Assembly: GCA_017654855.1 (NCBI GenBank)
Contig: JAFMPO010000001.1
Span: 124,001 to 188,000, forward strand
Length of the DNA: 64,000 bases
DNA from: Podospora anserina
Lineage: Eukaryota
Direction: 5' to 3'
Positions 62,301-64,000 of this stretch are shown here, piece by piece. Under the pieces are notes generated by a model. That model was not told the origin of the DNA. It saw nothing but the letters and a program-made list of their open reading frames with translations, and did no database searches. Made by a program: the position numbers and the translations under genes. Each line of letters starts with the position of its first letter. Positions within the stretch are counted from its first letter, which is position 1.

Positions 62301-64000
62301 GAGGTACCTATAGTTAATAATAGCCGGTAATCCTTAAGAAAGCACGAATATCTTTTAAATTATAGTAAATTCGTTATTCCCTTATCTTTATTATTTTTAT
62401 TTAATTAGGGAAGTATCCGTCCGGTATATAAAAATAGTTAAGGATAATAATTTTTTATTTATATTAAAGGGATTTTATAATTATAATTATAGTTTTTATA
62501 AACTTATAATTAAATAAAACTATATTAATATTCTTTAAATACTCTAAAACCTACTTCTTAATTCCTAACCTCTCTTCTTTACTATTATAGTCCCACTTTA
62601 GCCTTTTTACTATAATATTATTTAAATATAACCGACATACCTATAGAATAAAATCTTAAAAAACTTTAATTACAGTTCTTTAAAACTAAATTATTAAGTT
62701 AGTAGCTCCTTAAAGTAAAGTATATATCCTAAATAGGCCGATAGGTATCGCGAAAGTAATAAGGTCTCGGCTCGTTAAAACTAATTTAACTTAATTATAT
62801 TTAGAAAAGAAGTCGAGTAAGGAAGTAATAAAATACCCCCTAAAATCTTCGCTAAACTCCTTAATACTTAAAGGAATAAAGGTATTTTATTATATAACTT
62901 TATTATATTTCTAAGCATCGTTAATTAAACGGAAACCACTATCCTTTTTTTTTACTAAAAACTAATTATTATAGTAAGGACTATACACTTCCTTAATAAT
63001 ACCTCTCTTAACCCGTTCCCTAAAAAGTTTAATAACTTTCCCTATAAATAATTTTAAAATTAAAATAAATTTACTTTACTACGTATTATAAAGAATAATT
63101 TTAATATATTAAGTAGGAAAAACCTTTTTAAAGATCCGTCTACACTCGGTAAAATCCTAAGCTAAGGCAGCCTCTTTTATAAATAAGATTATTATAAATA
63201 TTTTAATTTTTTAGTTTATTAAAATATTAATAGTTTATTTAATTAAATCGATTAACCGTTCCGAAATAAAGTATAACCCTCTAATTACTTTAAAAAACTT
63301 AAGTACTATAATATTATTAAATTTTAAACTGTATTATAAGGATTCCTTAATTACCGCCCATCTCCTTACTTTCTAATTCGGATCTCCCTCAAAAGTACTA
63401 TTATCTAACCTAATATTATTAACTAACTTTACCTTCTTATTTACCCTCTTATATATTATTATAGTAGTAATAGTCTCCGCAAGTGTTAACTAAGCTTACT
63501 TAAAAGTAGTAATTAGGCTAGTCTTAATATTATTTTTCTTTTTAAAAAGGGGCGGGGGTAGAGGCGGGCGACGTTTATATAACTATATAGCGAAGAGGCT
63601 ACATTAACTTAGTTAAGTAAGGGACTAATTAAATATCCCTAAATATATAGATGCAATATCGGGCTTAAATAGGGCTGTTATAGTAGTCGTCTGATTAGAC
63701 GGCGACGATGTTTTTAGTAGCGGTAGCGACGGTAATATTAATGGTACTAAATATAGACCTATTATAAAAGTCGGCGGTGGTGGTCGTTCTTTCCTAGAGA
63801 TTTTATCTAGGGTTAGAGTTCTTATCGTAATTTCCACTCTTCTAAGTTAAAACAAATATTTTTCCTTTTAACGTCCTTTCTCTCCCTCCCTCTAATTACT
63901 AACATTTTTTCCTCCTTTACTCTTTATATTCCCCTTTTCTTTATTTTTATAAAAAATAATATTAAACGCTAAATAATAATTTAATAATAATAAACTTAAT
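56302..64000 (-). mobile_element. Heavily RIP-mutated Ty3/gypsy retrotransposon (family B); putative 3' LTR 56302-56797; continues beyond the window
   Basis: Extreme TpA/AT enrichment. Minus-strand relics of RT (SLLDFFS.Y about 62810; YLNN from YLDD about 62620), RNase H (VETD about 61925; NVLSR from DALSR about 61780) and integrase (VDGGSEFK about 61005). The LTR reads TGAAGG...ATTTCA, preceded by the purine tract AAAGGAGAATGGA. Confidence 0.88.

Noticed and set aside
1-64000. Starship captain (tyrosine recombinase) or Spok gene
   Set aside because: I recognised no such ORF in the window. This does not exclude the region being cargo of a larger element.
57100-64000. AT-rich block as a mitochondrial insertion or centromere
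   Set aside because: RT, RNase H and integrase relics with TpA bias show a RIP-mutated retroelement. Centromere status cannot be judged from this window.

Overview
Intron-containing fungal genomic DNA showing repeat-induced point mutation (RIP). The HNWD-type WD40 fragment and the LTR style suggest a Sordariales species, probably Podospora (inference). The left half (1-30.4 kb) is a mostly genic accessory region. It holds an F-box protein, a HeLo-like/ankyrin pseudogene, a nucleoside deaminase, secreted and membrane proteins, a phytase-like esterase, an SDR, a head-to-head pair of a sensor-less degenerate NACHT gene and an AAA+ ATPase, and a small PD-(D/E)XK-like gene with a convergent partner. 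The right half (30.7-64 kb) is a nest of Ty3/gypsy LTRs, Fot1/pogo and MULE relics. These surround decayed innate-immunity (NLR) genes: a hydrolase-NACHT-HEAT gene with near-identical 99-bp repeats, an HNWD WD40 tail and a Goodbye-NACHT gene. The window ends inside a heavily RIP-mutated Ty3/gypsy element. All domain calls come from reading motifs by eye; no searches were run.
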